A stretch of 24,580 nucleotides of DNA from positions 1 through 24,580 of the IMG/VR virus record IMGVR_UViG_3300034410_000508; one strand, written 5' to 3'. A program made the position numbers and the translations under genes. This DNA is from a virus. Lineage: Duplodnaviria > Caudoviricetes. The notes beneath the pieces are model-generated. The model was not told the DNA's origin, did no database searches, and worked only from the letters and a program-made list of their open reading frames with translations. Positions 8,601 to 14,726 of the stretch are shown in pieces; the stretch's first letter is position 1, and each line of letters opens with the position of its first letter.

Positions 8601-9365
8601 ACAAGAAGCATAAGGGTTTGCTCCTCCTAATAAATCTGAAGGTAACTCCTGATCTGCCCAATTATCAACTGAGTACTTCCATAACCACCCTGGATTGTTT
8701 CCAATGTCTATTGTACCTGTCCAAATACCATCACCATCAGGGTCAGCTAAAGAATCCCAAATACCACTCCAGCTGTTGAACTGTCCACTTACATAGACTT
8801 GAGAAAAGGTATCGGGATAAGAATTCATATCTACTGCAAAGTCTACAGGATATGCACATTGTCCATTACTTATGTTAGCATTGGTATCGTAACTTGAAGA
8901 TAAAGTATCCATACAACCTGCAAAGGGTGGTGGTTGTGATAGAAGATTTACAACAGTATCATAAGACCAGTTTGGATTGGACCCTACCCAGTCTATATTG
9001 TTGTTTTGAAAATCAAGTTTGGTTAGACTTAAAAGATCACCTTGAGTGTAGTTTCTAATACTAAGGTAAGAGTCTGATTGGAAATAGTAACTGTACCAAC
9101 CATAACTGTAAGCACTTTTTAGCTCTACATGAATATCTCCAGTATCTGCATTTACTATCGTATAACGATATCTTGCTTGATTAGCAGGAGTACAGTATGC
9201 TTCGTAAAGAGTATCACTGCCCTGAGTAATAACAATTCCTTGAGTATTAGATGAGGTAAACCCTCCGAATTCTAACTCTATCTCAAACCAACCAGTTCCT
9301 GGTGTTTGTCCATAACCTAAAAATGGAACAATAGATAATAAAAATAGTAGTAAACCTTTTTTCAT
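5676..9365 (-). CDS. Large T9SS type A-sorted surface protein with early-set/CBM48-like domain, PA14-like domain and GCTD Cys repeats
   Basis: Signal peptide; FAVDM..VYVSGQFNSW..DPDGDGIWTGTI; YTGWFKP.ETGNYAFRTRTDD (PA14-like); 15 GCTD-type repeats; C-terminal VYPNPT...GVYFLSI...KRIVKED sorting domain. Confidence 0.9.
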   Translation of the reverse strand: MKKGLLLFLLSIVPFLGYGQTPGTGWFEIELEFGGFTSSNTQGIVITQGSDTLYEAYCTPANQARYRYTIVNADTGDIHVELKSAYSYGWYSYYFQSDSYLSIRNYTQGDLLSLTKLDFQNNNIDWVGSNPNWSYDTVVNLLSQPPPFAGCMDTLSSSYDTNANISNGQCAYPVDFAVDMNSYPDTFSQVYVSGQFNSWSGIWDSLADPDGDGIWTGTIDIGNNPGWLWKYSVDNWADQELPSDLLGGANPYASCFLYDPVGPFANRVLEVNGAPVVLDTNCWEKCLDCADVIGCTDSTSSEFNPWATISDGQCQGSNLPTLAPGETYLEIVFTPDNYGSESSWILYDDNGAVETKTQGTYSGATPGIPISYYIPVDTNILVDIVINDTYGDGLNGSLYGGTVDGNLEVFDCSGNKLFSLADSVASSNFGYQYTSPQFNTGSVCLSGPAPIPGCTDPFSLNYNPNATVDATPWSPTNTVNLRSLKTHNGNGTSGTGYSGNANTHSEFDNMVNLSSSGTTLYLDTAVDILSLQGPRGIGSWDPPRWGNESFAIIYTGWFKPNETGNYAFRTRTDDSHEFMIKGLGYTNDIVTKHYGFNTWNTKTNVYLDSATWYEFEIRIQNNGGAYGAQFEYRVPGGTSYNQLAPNNPFGEWSATSPDTSVNNLLCGDQRIVGCTDSTSFNYDPNANTSEVIFGDYTLKIYDGQANGWGGTWLGIKQGDWLSPQYQIGPNDGFDLTFDVPLNIYEPIELYLYTTPQSQNSIAQVAYTLYGPEGDTIVDVPYWGAQSLQFPIIQSPTAQPTFGDVCIEKIFGCTDTSAFNFDPLANTLDSSCIPVIVGCMNPLSFNYDSTANVSGTCIPIIVGCLDSTQYNYDSTANTAGTCIPFIYGCTDSTQFNYSPLANTSDNSCIPFIYGCTDPTSFNYDSTANVNNGTCIPTLYGCTDSTSFNYNPLANTDNGSCIPKVYGCTNVNSINYNPVANIDDSTCIPIIYGCTDTAALNYNPLANTDNGTCIPKVYGCTDPNSFNYDPTANVNQVSITDPSNPCIPFIYGCTDSTAVNYDPLANTDNGSCIPSIYGCIDPAAHNFDPGANVSDSSCVYDAGCITGPGNPYWLNDPCYAWVIDVDEYCCTNSWDPDCQALYDYCGNVSGTLDIEDFTFNSIVVYPNPTTGNLTIRTTLDITYSLFDFTGREVLKDLNEEVIDITTLPNGVYFLSIRHHEKVFNKRIVKED
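6072..6935 (-). repeat. 11 tandem coding repeats of about 26 aa (about 78 nt), consensus GCTDSTxFNYDPLANTDNGSCIPxIY
   Basis: Counted in the translation from GCTDTSAF to GCIDPAAH. Degenerate at DNA level and in frame. Confidence 0.92.
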
Positions 9366-9375
9366 AGTTTTGATC

Positions 9376-9786
9376 TTACATCATTAAAAATCCTTCAAGA
9401 GCTATCCACCTTAGAATAATTGTCGTAAGAGAAACAACAACACCAATAAGTTGTTTGTTCTTGTTACCTTTTACTTTCTTTTCACTTTCAGCAGACTTCT
9501 CCTGTATCTCTTGTATCTTTACTTCTTTTTCTTTCTTTACTTCTTCTAACTCTGCAGTTACATTCTGTACAGTCACTGTAACAGTATCTACATAAGTTAT
9601 TAGAGAATCTTTTTGTTCTCTAAGTGTTGCAAAGACGTCATTGATGTCTTTTGCTTGCTGCAGGGTCATTACAACTACCGTGTCCTTACCTTCTATCCTC
9701 TGAGTCGGGTAAGATTGGCTGTAACTCGAAAGGTGCTGCATCAATAATGTTACTAGTAATACTATCTTTAACTTGCTTGATTTCAT
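9376..9786 (-). CDS. Signal peptide + coiled coil + C-terminal TM protein
   Basis: MKSSKLKIVLLVTLL...SYSQ signal, central coiled coil, C-terminal LIGVVVSLTTIILRWIAL. Overlaps the upstream gene by 101 nt. Confidence 0.65.
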   Translation of the reverse strand: MKSSKLKIVLLVTLLMQHLSSYSQSYPTQRIEGKDTVVVMTLQQAKDINDVFATLREQKDSLITYVDTVTVTVQNVTAELEEVKKEKEVKIQEIQEKSAESEKKVKGNKNKQLIGVVVSLTTIILRWIALEGFLMM

Positions 9787-10033
9787 TTTGTAACTCTTCT
9801 TTTTCCTCGATTAGTTGTTCAATGCTCTCCTTCATTGATACAACCTGCTCGTTGGCAGCTTGATCAACTTGTTGAGCTACTAATGTAACCTCTTGCAATA
9901 ACTCCTCTGAACGTTTCAGTAATGCTGTTAATTCAGCATCCTTCAACTTCACAGGTTCTTTTACGTCTGCAAGTATCGAGGTAAGACCTACAATACAAAT
10001 TGCTCCTATTACTAGAACTTTATTACTTTCCAT
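9686..10033 (-). CDS. N-terminally anchored coiled-coil protein
   Basis: Hydrophobic N-terminus followed by about 70 aa of E/Q/K heptads. Confidence 0.7.
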   Translation of the reverse strand: MESNKVLVIGAICIVGLTSILADVKEPVKLKDAELTALLKRSEELLQEVTLVAQQVDQAANEQVVSMKESIEQLIEEKEELQNEIKQVKDSITSNIIDAAPFELQPILPDSEDRR

Positions 10034-10283
10034 TTTGCATTATTTGCAACATCTCTACTTTACTGATCATGTAACCTAAAGTAGAATCACTCCTACGAAC
10101 ATGCTCTGTGAGCAAGTCAACTTTATCATTGAGCTCTATGACGTTTACGTCACACTTGTCTACCTGGGAGGAATAGTTGGATTTGATATCGAAGTACAGA
10201 TAACTGATTGCAACGATAACCATAAACAATAAACCTTTTACCGGGTCTTTTGCGAACTGTTCAAAAGAGATTGGTGTCTTCAT
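10023..10283 (-). CDS. Single-TM coiled-coil protein
   Basis: TM GLLFMVIVAISYLYF then a helical region. First gene after the CTATTTATT motif at 10299. Confidence 0.75.
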   Translation of the reverse strand: MKTPISFEQFAKDPVKGLLFMVIVAISYLYFDIKSNYSSQVDKCDVNVIELNDKVDLLTEHVRRSDSTLGYMISKVEMLQIMQNGK

Positions 10284-10298
10284 AATATATTTTATTCT

Positions 10299-10307
10299 AA
10301 TAAATAG
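10299..10307 (-). promoter_or_regulatory. Putative late promoter CTATTTATT
   Basis: Recurrent intergenic motif 15 nt upstream of ATG 10283. Confidence 0.55.
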
Positions 10308-10336
10308 AAAAGGAGGACCTAAATCCTCCTTTTTTT
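10308..10336 (-). terminator. Intrinsic terminator (could act in both directions)
   Basis: AAAAGGAGGA-TTTAGG-TCCTCCTTTT hairpin with A/T runs on both sides. Confidence 0.8.
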
Positions 10337-10339
10337 CTA

Positions 10340-10477
10340 CTACTCATCTTTTTCTTCTTCAGTAACACTATCTTCCTCTACATCTCTGTAAATAATATCC
10401 TGAAGTCCTTGGAAAATCCTTTTGGGATTTACTGTACCTCTTTTATTGTACTTCCACTTTTCCTGATCCATCTCCAT
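10340..10477 (-). CDS. 45-aa micro-ORF with acidic tail
   Basis: Hand translation MEMDQEKWKYNKRGTVNPKRIFQGLQDIIYRDVEEDSVTEEEKDE with a double TAG stop just before the terminator. Fills an otherwise empty gap. Confidence 0.5.
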   Translation of the reverse strand: MEMDQEKWKYNKRGTVNPKRIFQGLQDIIYRDVEEDSVTEEEKDE

Positions 10478-10697
10478 CTTCTACTGTATTCATTTCTTTA
10501 GGTAAAAACTCTGTGTTGATATGCCCGCATGACTTACAACTGAAGACAGGAATGGGCATGAAAGATGGAGATCCAGTTCCAGTCAGTATTCCAGAAACTC
10601 TCCTAATATGAAGAGCTTGTTCGAAATACATATGACCACAACTATCACATACTACCGGAGTAGTTTGATCAAAACCTATATTTAACTGCTGATCCAT
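10443..10697 (-). CDS. Zinc-ribbon protein
   Basis: CDSCG...CKSCGH, two CxxC pairs. Confidence 0.8.
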   Translation of the reverse strand: MDQQLNIGFDQTTPVVCDSCGHMYFEQALHIRRVSGILTGTGSPSFMPIPVFSCKSCGHINTEFLPKEMNTVEDGDGSGKVEVQ

Positions 10698-11017
10698 TAT
10701 TTGGCTTCTTTATGCAGTTCGTAGATTTTGTTGATTAGGTTAGACTTAGTAACTGAATCATCAAACTCTTCTTTGAATTCAGCTTTAGCGTGAGCCTGTA
10801 ACTCTGACTTCTTCAACTCACGTAACTTACTCTTAGTTACTTTGCCTTCAAATAGAGGAGCCTGTACTGCTTCTACTACATCTTTGATTTCTTCTACTAC
10901 TTTCTTGCCTTTTGCTTTTACGGCAGTAATAGTTCTTTTTGCATTGTCGACTTTTTCTACGATTTGTTCATCAATAGTGGTCTTGCCGAGTAACCAGTTC
11001 CATAAACGTTTTAACAT
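10697..11017 (-). CDS. Hypothetical protein with amphipathic N-terminus and a C-terminal Rho-N/HeH-like helical motif
   Basis: LKRLWNWLLG start; LRELKKSELQAHAK...TKSNLINKI resembles a helix-extension-helix nucleic-acid-binding motif. Confidence 0.6.
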   Translation of the reverse strand: MLKRLWNWLLGKTTIDEQIVEKVDNAKRTITAVKAKGKKVVEEIKDVVEAVQAPLFEGKVTKSKLRELKKSELQAHAKAEFKEEFDDSVTKSNLINKIYELHKEAK

Positions 11018-11044
11018 AATTGTTTGTTTTTGATTGATTATATA

Positions 11045-11052
11045 AATAAATA
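11045..11052 (-). promoter_or_regulatory. Putative late promoter variant TATTTATT(TATA)
   Basis: Core of the recurrent motif, upstream of ATG 11017. Confidence 0.45.
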
Positions 11053-11066
11053 TCTAGGGTTTACAT

Positions 11067-11576
11067 TTAGTAAGGTGAATCTTCTAACTTTTTCTGGAAG
11101 TGAATATAAAGTTCTTCAATAGTATCTCCACCAAAAGAGTCTATTGTCTCATTTATCTCTTTCTTACTCACATTGAAGGTTTTCATTGCAGCTCTGAAGA
11201 AGGTATCTAGTTTCTTATTCTCATCTTTTTCATGATCTTCAAGTAACCTTTTTCTTCTTGCAATATCCATTCTTGCATCTTCTAAGAACTCAGTCATCTC
11301 AGGGTAATGCTTCTTCCACTTCTTTCTCAATCTATGCTCTACTATCTCTGCTTCAAACTTATGAGAAGATAAATCAAAATCACCATTCATAACCTTAGCA
11401 TGAAAAGAAGCAGTATTAGGTAGAGGCTTAGTCTTAGGAGTGTAACTCTTCCACCACATAAACCTATTGTAAGTCATCTTGTTGAAGTTCTTTTTGAAAA
11501 ACTTCTCTAACCACTCCTCAGTATGCAAAGGTTTGTAAGGACAGGTATCATGCTTATCATACTCTAAAATCTCCAT
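11067..11576 (-). CDS. Hypothetical protein
   Basis: 169-aa ORF with its own promoter at 11592-11623. No family recognised. Confidence 0.75.
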   Translation of the reverse strand: MEILEYDKHDTCPYKPLHTEEWLEKFFKKNFNKMTYNRFMWWKSYTPKTKPLPNTASFHAKVMNGDFDLSSHKFEAEIVEHRLRKKWKKHYPEMTEFLEDARMDIARRKRLLEDHEKDENKKLDTFFRAAMKTFNVSKKEINETIDSFGGDTIEELYIHFQKKLEDSPY

Positions 11577-11591
11577 AACTATTTCTTTATC

Positions 11592-11623
11592 TTAAAATAA
11601 GAAATTATCTGATAGGATCCAAC
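11592..11623 (-). promoter_or_regulatory. Bacteroidota-type early/middle promoter
   Basis: GTTG-GATCCTATCAGATAATTTCT(20)-TATTTTAA. Confidence 0.7.
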
Positions 11624-12135
11624 TCTAATCCCCAGGAATATCCAAAAAAGATGTAGTGGGACTTGTTTCTATGTTGATAATGTATTCCTAAATCTACAAA
11701 TGTTCCTTGATTACTGAGAACTCTGTAATACTGAGATACCTTTCCAGATAAATAATAAGTGGTTGTGAGTCCTAACTGTGGTATTATCCTGTACCTTCCT
11801 ATTCTGTAAAGAGATCCTAAATACAAATACCATTCAACATCTCTAGGACGACCTCTATAGTGAACAGGTTCTTCTATGTTGTTTATCAAATAACTTAGGT
11901 TACCTGATCTGTTTTGTATTGTTTGATTGAAACGAAGATTTATTGCGTCAGGTAAGTTCAATACTCCTGCTTCAAAAATAAGCCCAGATGTGAAAGCAAT
12001 ACTTAACTGAGTGTAGGGGAGTACTAATCTGTTATCAATGTAAGTTCCGTGCTCTACTGATTGAATAAAACTTTGTGAGTATAACTTAGAGGAGAACATA
12101 CATAGTAGTAATACTAAGTATAAGTTCTTTGTCAT
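11605..12135 (-). CDS. Secreted beta-rich protein, possibly a small outer-membrane beta-barrel
   Basis: Signal peptide ending YSQ, Tyr/Gly-rich alternating strands, and C-terminal YIFFGYSWGL. Confidence 0.6.
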   Translation of the reverse strand: MTKNLYLVLLLCMFSSKLYSQSFIQSVEHGTYIDNRLVLPYTQLSIAFTSGLIFEAGVLNLPDAINLRFNQTIQNRSGNLSYLINNIEEPVHYRGRPRDVEWYLYLGSLYRIGRYRIIPQLGLTTTYYLSGKVSQYYRVLSNQGTFVDLGIHYQHRNKSHYIFFGYSWGLELDPIR

Positions 12136-12138
12136 ATA

Positions 12139-12147
12139 AATAAATAG
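12139..12147 (-). promoter_or_regulatory. Putative late promoter CTATTTATT, 3 nt from the ATG
   Basis: Recurrent motif abutting both a terminator and ATG 12135. Confidence 0.55.
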
Positions 12148-12173
12148 AAAAGAGCAATTGTTAGTTGCTCTTT
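12148..12173 (-). terminator. Intrinsic terminator
   Basis: AAAGAGCAA-CTAACAA-TTGCTCTTT followed by a T-rich tail, downstream of the lipoprotein gene. Confidence 0.75.
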
Positions 12174-12198
12174 CTTTTATAAAATATGTAGCTTATTT

Positions 12199-13203
12199 TT
12201 ACAGTGCTCCTTGTGCTGAAGTAAATGTCCAAGTAAAGTCTGGCATTACTATTTCATCTAGGAGTGTTACTGTTACAGCAGTACCTGAGTCTGCTACAAT
12301 ATTAGCAGCACCTTTAAAACTCACGGTACCTTCTGCTCCATCTCTAATGTGAACCTCTACTCCGTCTGTTGAGATTAGTATTCCATTTTTCATCACAAAG
12401 GTATCAGTATAGTTGCCTTCTGGTCCATCAATCTCTAAAGCATGATCTGATTCTGTACCTTCTACATTTACAAAGTTTGAGATAGTACCAGCATAGGCTT
12501 GATCGATATCAAATGCATCATCACCTTGAGCCCATACCAATAGGTTAGAAGCATTTACAGTACCTCCAAAGAATTCAATACCATCATCTAAGTTACCTAC
12601 TACTTCAATGTTATCGATCACTGTTGCTGATCCTACTCCTCCTAGAGTTAGTCCATTTAGCTCATTGCCATCTCCTAACAAAGTACCTGCATGTCTGATT
12701 GATACGTATTTCAATACTCCAGAGTTATCGTGAATATTATTACCTCCGTAGACTGCAAATGGTTCGTTGGCTGGTAAGCCTTCTACCAAAGCTGTAGCTG
12801 CATCAGCAGAGATTGGTGCATAACCCAATACAACAATACCTCCCCAGAGTCCCATATCAGTCTCATCTAAGTTAGTTCCGTTGTCGTAGATGGAAGTAAA
12901 TACGATTGGTGCTTCAGTAGTACCTGTTGCCTGAATCTTTCCACCTTGAGCAATAATCAATGCAGTTGATAAAGAGCCTTGACCGTCTCTAGCCTTTACT
13001 ACTGTCCCAGCTTCAATGAAGAGGGTGACTCCTTCTTTTACTACTACCTTACCAGCCATCTCATAAGCTGTATCAGCATACCAGTAAGTATCTTCAGAAA
13101 TCAATCCAGTAATAATCTTGTCTTTGTTCTCTACTGGAGGAGTTGTCTCACAAGAAGTAGAGACTAAGGCAGCTATTGCTGCAAATGTAAACATTCTTTT
13201 CAT
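12199..13203 (-). CDS. Bacteroidota-type lipoprotein with right-handed beta-helix
   Basis: Signal peptide ending STSC (lipid-attachment Cys); GGKIQATGT.EAPIVFTS, WGGIVVLG, DNSGVLKYVSIRHAG, NELNGLTLGGVGS, DDGIEFFGGTVN and GDDAFDIDQ motifs. Confidence 0.85.
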   Translation of the reverse strand: MKRMFTFAAIAALVSTSCETTPPVENKDKIITGLISEDTYWYADTAYEMAGKVVVKEGVTLFIEAGTVVKARDGQGSLSTALIIAQGGKIQATGTTEAPIVFTSIYDNGTNLDETDMGLWGGIVVLGYAPISADAATALVEGLPANEPFAVYGGNNIHDNSGVLKYVSIRHAGTLLGDGNELNGLTLGGVGSATVIDNIEVVGNLDDGIEFFGGTVNASNLLVWAQGDDAFDIDQAYAGTISNFVNVEGTESDHALEIDGPEGNYTDTFVMKNGILISTDGVEVHIRDGAEGTVSFKGAANIVADSGTAVTVTLLDEIVMPDFTWTFTSAQGAL

Positions 13204-13286
13204 AATATAAATCTATTTGCTACTATTACATAGTTTAGTTTTATAAAAAAGGGTTTACTGGAAGATGATGAATACCTTAAAAGAGC

Positions 13287-13344
13287 CAGTCAGAGAGGAC
13301 CTAAATCCTCTCCTTTCAGTACTCAACTGATAGCTACCTGACTG
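13287..13344 (-). ncRNA. Putative structured RNA, three-way junction with tRNA-like features
   Basis: CAGTCAG/CTGACTG closes two hairpins, TCAGT/ACTGA and AGAGGA/TCCTCT. Confidence 0.45.
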
Positions 13345-13348
13345 CGTT

Positions 13349-13639
13349 CTATTTAAAGTTTAGTAACTCCCTTGTGGTAGGATTTACTACCAGGTAAGTT
13401 ACCTTGAAAACTGTTACTACTGCAAATGCTACTGCAATACCTAACTTGAATACTGGAATGTTTTCAATGAAAGGAGTACCTCCATAATACCAGATTGCTG
13501 ATATTGCTCCATCTCCAAATAACATTATGGTTACTATTCCAAAAGAAAACTCAGATGGTAATAACTTTAGTAACCAAACTACTAATAAGAAGAAAGGTAC
13601 CAGTAAAGATACTATTCCTAATCCAATCAAAAACTCCAT
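13349..13639 (-). CDS. Three-TM membrane protein
   Basis: Three hydrophobic segments in 96 aa. Confidence 0.7.
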   Translation of the reverse strand: MEFLIGLGIVSLLVPFFLLVVWLLKLLPSEFSFGIVTIMLFGDGAISAIWYYGGTPFIENIPVFKLGIAVAFAVVTVFKVTYLVVNPTTRELLNFK

Positions 13640-13645
13640 ACTATT

Positions 13646-14044
13646 CTACTTCTTTTTTCTCCAAGAATCCGTCTGTGCGTGACAGTTGGGACATAGTACC
13701 TGAAGGTTTTCTTTTTTGTTATTTTTATTGTTCCCATCTAAGTGGTGAACTTCAAGAGGTAATCTCTTACCATTCCATTCCTCTATTTGACAGATCTCAC
13801 ATCTCTCTCCCACTTCTTCCTTGTACCAATGTTTTGCAGTAGATGGGTAAAGGGAATCCCATCTATCTTCTCTTTTCTTTCTCCAAGTCTCTTTTACTTT
13901 AGCGATCTTTTCAGGATTTGAGTTGATTCTTTTCATCATCTCATTCCACTCCGGACCTCTTTCTTGAGCTCTCTTTTGATTAGTTTCTCTAATCTTTCTC
14001 TTAGTCTCCTCTGTATGAGGTTTCCTTATTGGTTTTTTTCTCAT
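13646..14044 (-). CDS. NUMOD3-HNH homing-type endonuclease
   Basis: HTEETKRKIRE (NUMOD3); CEIC...LEVHHLDGNNKNNKKENLQVLCPNCH (zinc-binding HNH). Confidence 0.9.
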   Translation of the reverse strand: MRKKPIRKPHTEETKRKIRETNQKRAQERGPEWNEMMKRINSNPEKIAKVKETWRKKREDRWDSLYPSTAKHWYKEEVGERCEICQIEEWNGKRLPLEVHHLDGNNKNNKKENLQVLCPNCHAQTDSWRKKK

Positions 14045-14048
14045 TTTG

Positions 14049-14122
14049 TACCCCCACTAGGACTCAAACCTAGACTCTACGCATTAGAAGTGCGTTGCTT
14101 TATTCAGTTAAGCTATAGGGGC
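14049..14122 (-). tRNA. trnR: tRNA-Arg(UCU), CCA not encoded
   Basis: Cloverleaf: acceptor GCCCCTA/TGGGGGT, D stem GCTT/AAGC, anticodon arm ACGCA-CTTCTAA-TGCGT, T arm CTAGG-TTTGAGT-CCTAG, discriminator A. Confidence 0.93.
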
Positions 14123-14128
14123 ATATTT

Positions 14129-14224
14129 GAGGGGCTTCACTCCTTTAGCGCGCTTACAGCATCAGAGTCCCTACCTAAGCTATCCGTCGATAGTATCCTT
14201 AGGACTTTACGTTTTACTCCCCTC
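14129..14224 (-). ncRNA. Putative 96-nt structured ncRNA directly upstream of the tRNA
   Basis: 50% GC island (48/96 counted) closed by GAGGGG/CCCCTC, with nested AGTCC/GGACT, TAAG/CTTA and CTATC-GACG-GATAG stems. Confidence 0.5.
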
Positions 14225-14231
14225 CTATATC

Positions 14232-14354
14232 CTAAAACGGTAACTCATTACCATCTTCATCATATCCTACTTCTGTAGAAGTTTCTTCATACAGAGCGAA
14301 GTCGTAATAAAACTTGTAACTCCAGTATGCTGAGTAATCAGGTTCAAGTATCAT
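14232..14354 (-). CDS. 40-aa acidic/aromatic micropeptide ending in an SSB-like tail
   Basis: Hand translation MILEPDYSAYWSYKFYYDFALYEETSTEVGYDEDGNELPF; ATG lies 2 nt after the upstream stop. Confidence 0.6.
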   Translation of the reverse strand: MILEPDYSAYWSYKFYYDFALYEETSTEVGYDEDGNELPF

Positions 14355-14356
14355 GT

Positions 14357-14530
14357 CTACTTGAAGATAGAAAGATTATCTAAACTCTCTTTCGTTCCTT
14401 CGAATCCAGGAATATCCTTATCCTCAGTAAACCTCTGTCCATCAAGAAGAGCGATCTCTTTTCCGTCTACTTCTACAATGTTGATCTTGTCTCCTGTCAA
14501 ACTACAAACAAAACTTCTAACTACTTTCAT
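14357..14530 (-). CDS. 57-aa hypothetical protein
   Basis: MKVVRSFVCSLTGDKINIVEVDGKEIALLDGQRFTEDKDIPGFEGTKESLDNLSIFK; directly behind the promoter at 14561-14592. Confidence 0.65.
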   Translation of the reverse strand: MKVVRSFVCSLTGDKINIVEVDGKEIALLDGQRFTEDKDIPGFEGTKESLDNLSIFK

Positions 14531-14560
14531 AACCTTTATATCTATCTTTCTAACTTACTC

Positions 14561-14592
14561 TTAAAATAAGAAAAAAAACAATACGATCCAAC
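14561..14592 (-). promoter_or_regulatory. Bacteroidota-type early/middle promoter
   Basis: GTTG-GATCGTATTGTTTTTTTTCT(20)-TATTTTAA. Confidence 0.7.
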
Positions 14593-14726
14593 TATTCTGT
14601 AGTCTTTTTTTCAGATTCTTTTTCATCCTCATCCTGTTGACGAGAGTGATTAGTACATGGGGAAGTATCATTCCATTGATCATCCCAGTAATAACCTAAG
14701 TCTGAATCATTGATACCTCTTCCCAT
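14592..14726 (-). CDS. 44-aa acidic micro-ORF
   Basis: MGRGINDSDLGYYWDDQWNDTSPCTNHSRQQDEDEKESEKKTTE; TAATG coupling to the upstream gene. Confidence 0.55.
   Translation of the reverse strand: MGRGINDSDLGYYWDDQWNDTSPCTNHSRQQDEDEKESEKKTTE

Noticed and set aside
11041-11048. TATAAATA on the plus strand as a T4-type late promoter
   Set aside because: It points away from all genes and is better explained as the complement of the minus-strand TATTTAT motif.
13248-13280. Possible Pho-box-like 11-nt periodicity (TTAA/ATCA/GTAA) upstream of the lipoprotein
   Set aside because: Too degenerate to distinguish from chance in AT-rich DNA.
14129-14224. Hammerhead ribozyme or RNase P RNA identity for the structured island
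   Set aside because: CTGATG is followed by C rather than A and there is no properly placed GAAA core. It is far too short for RNase P despite an AAAGTCC word.
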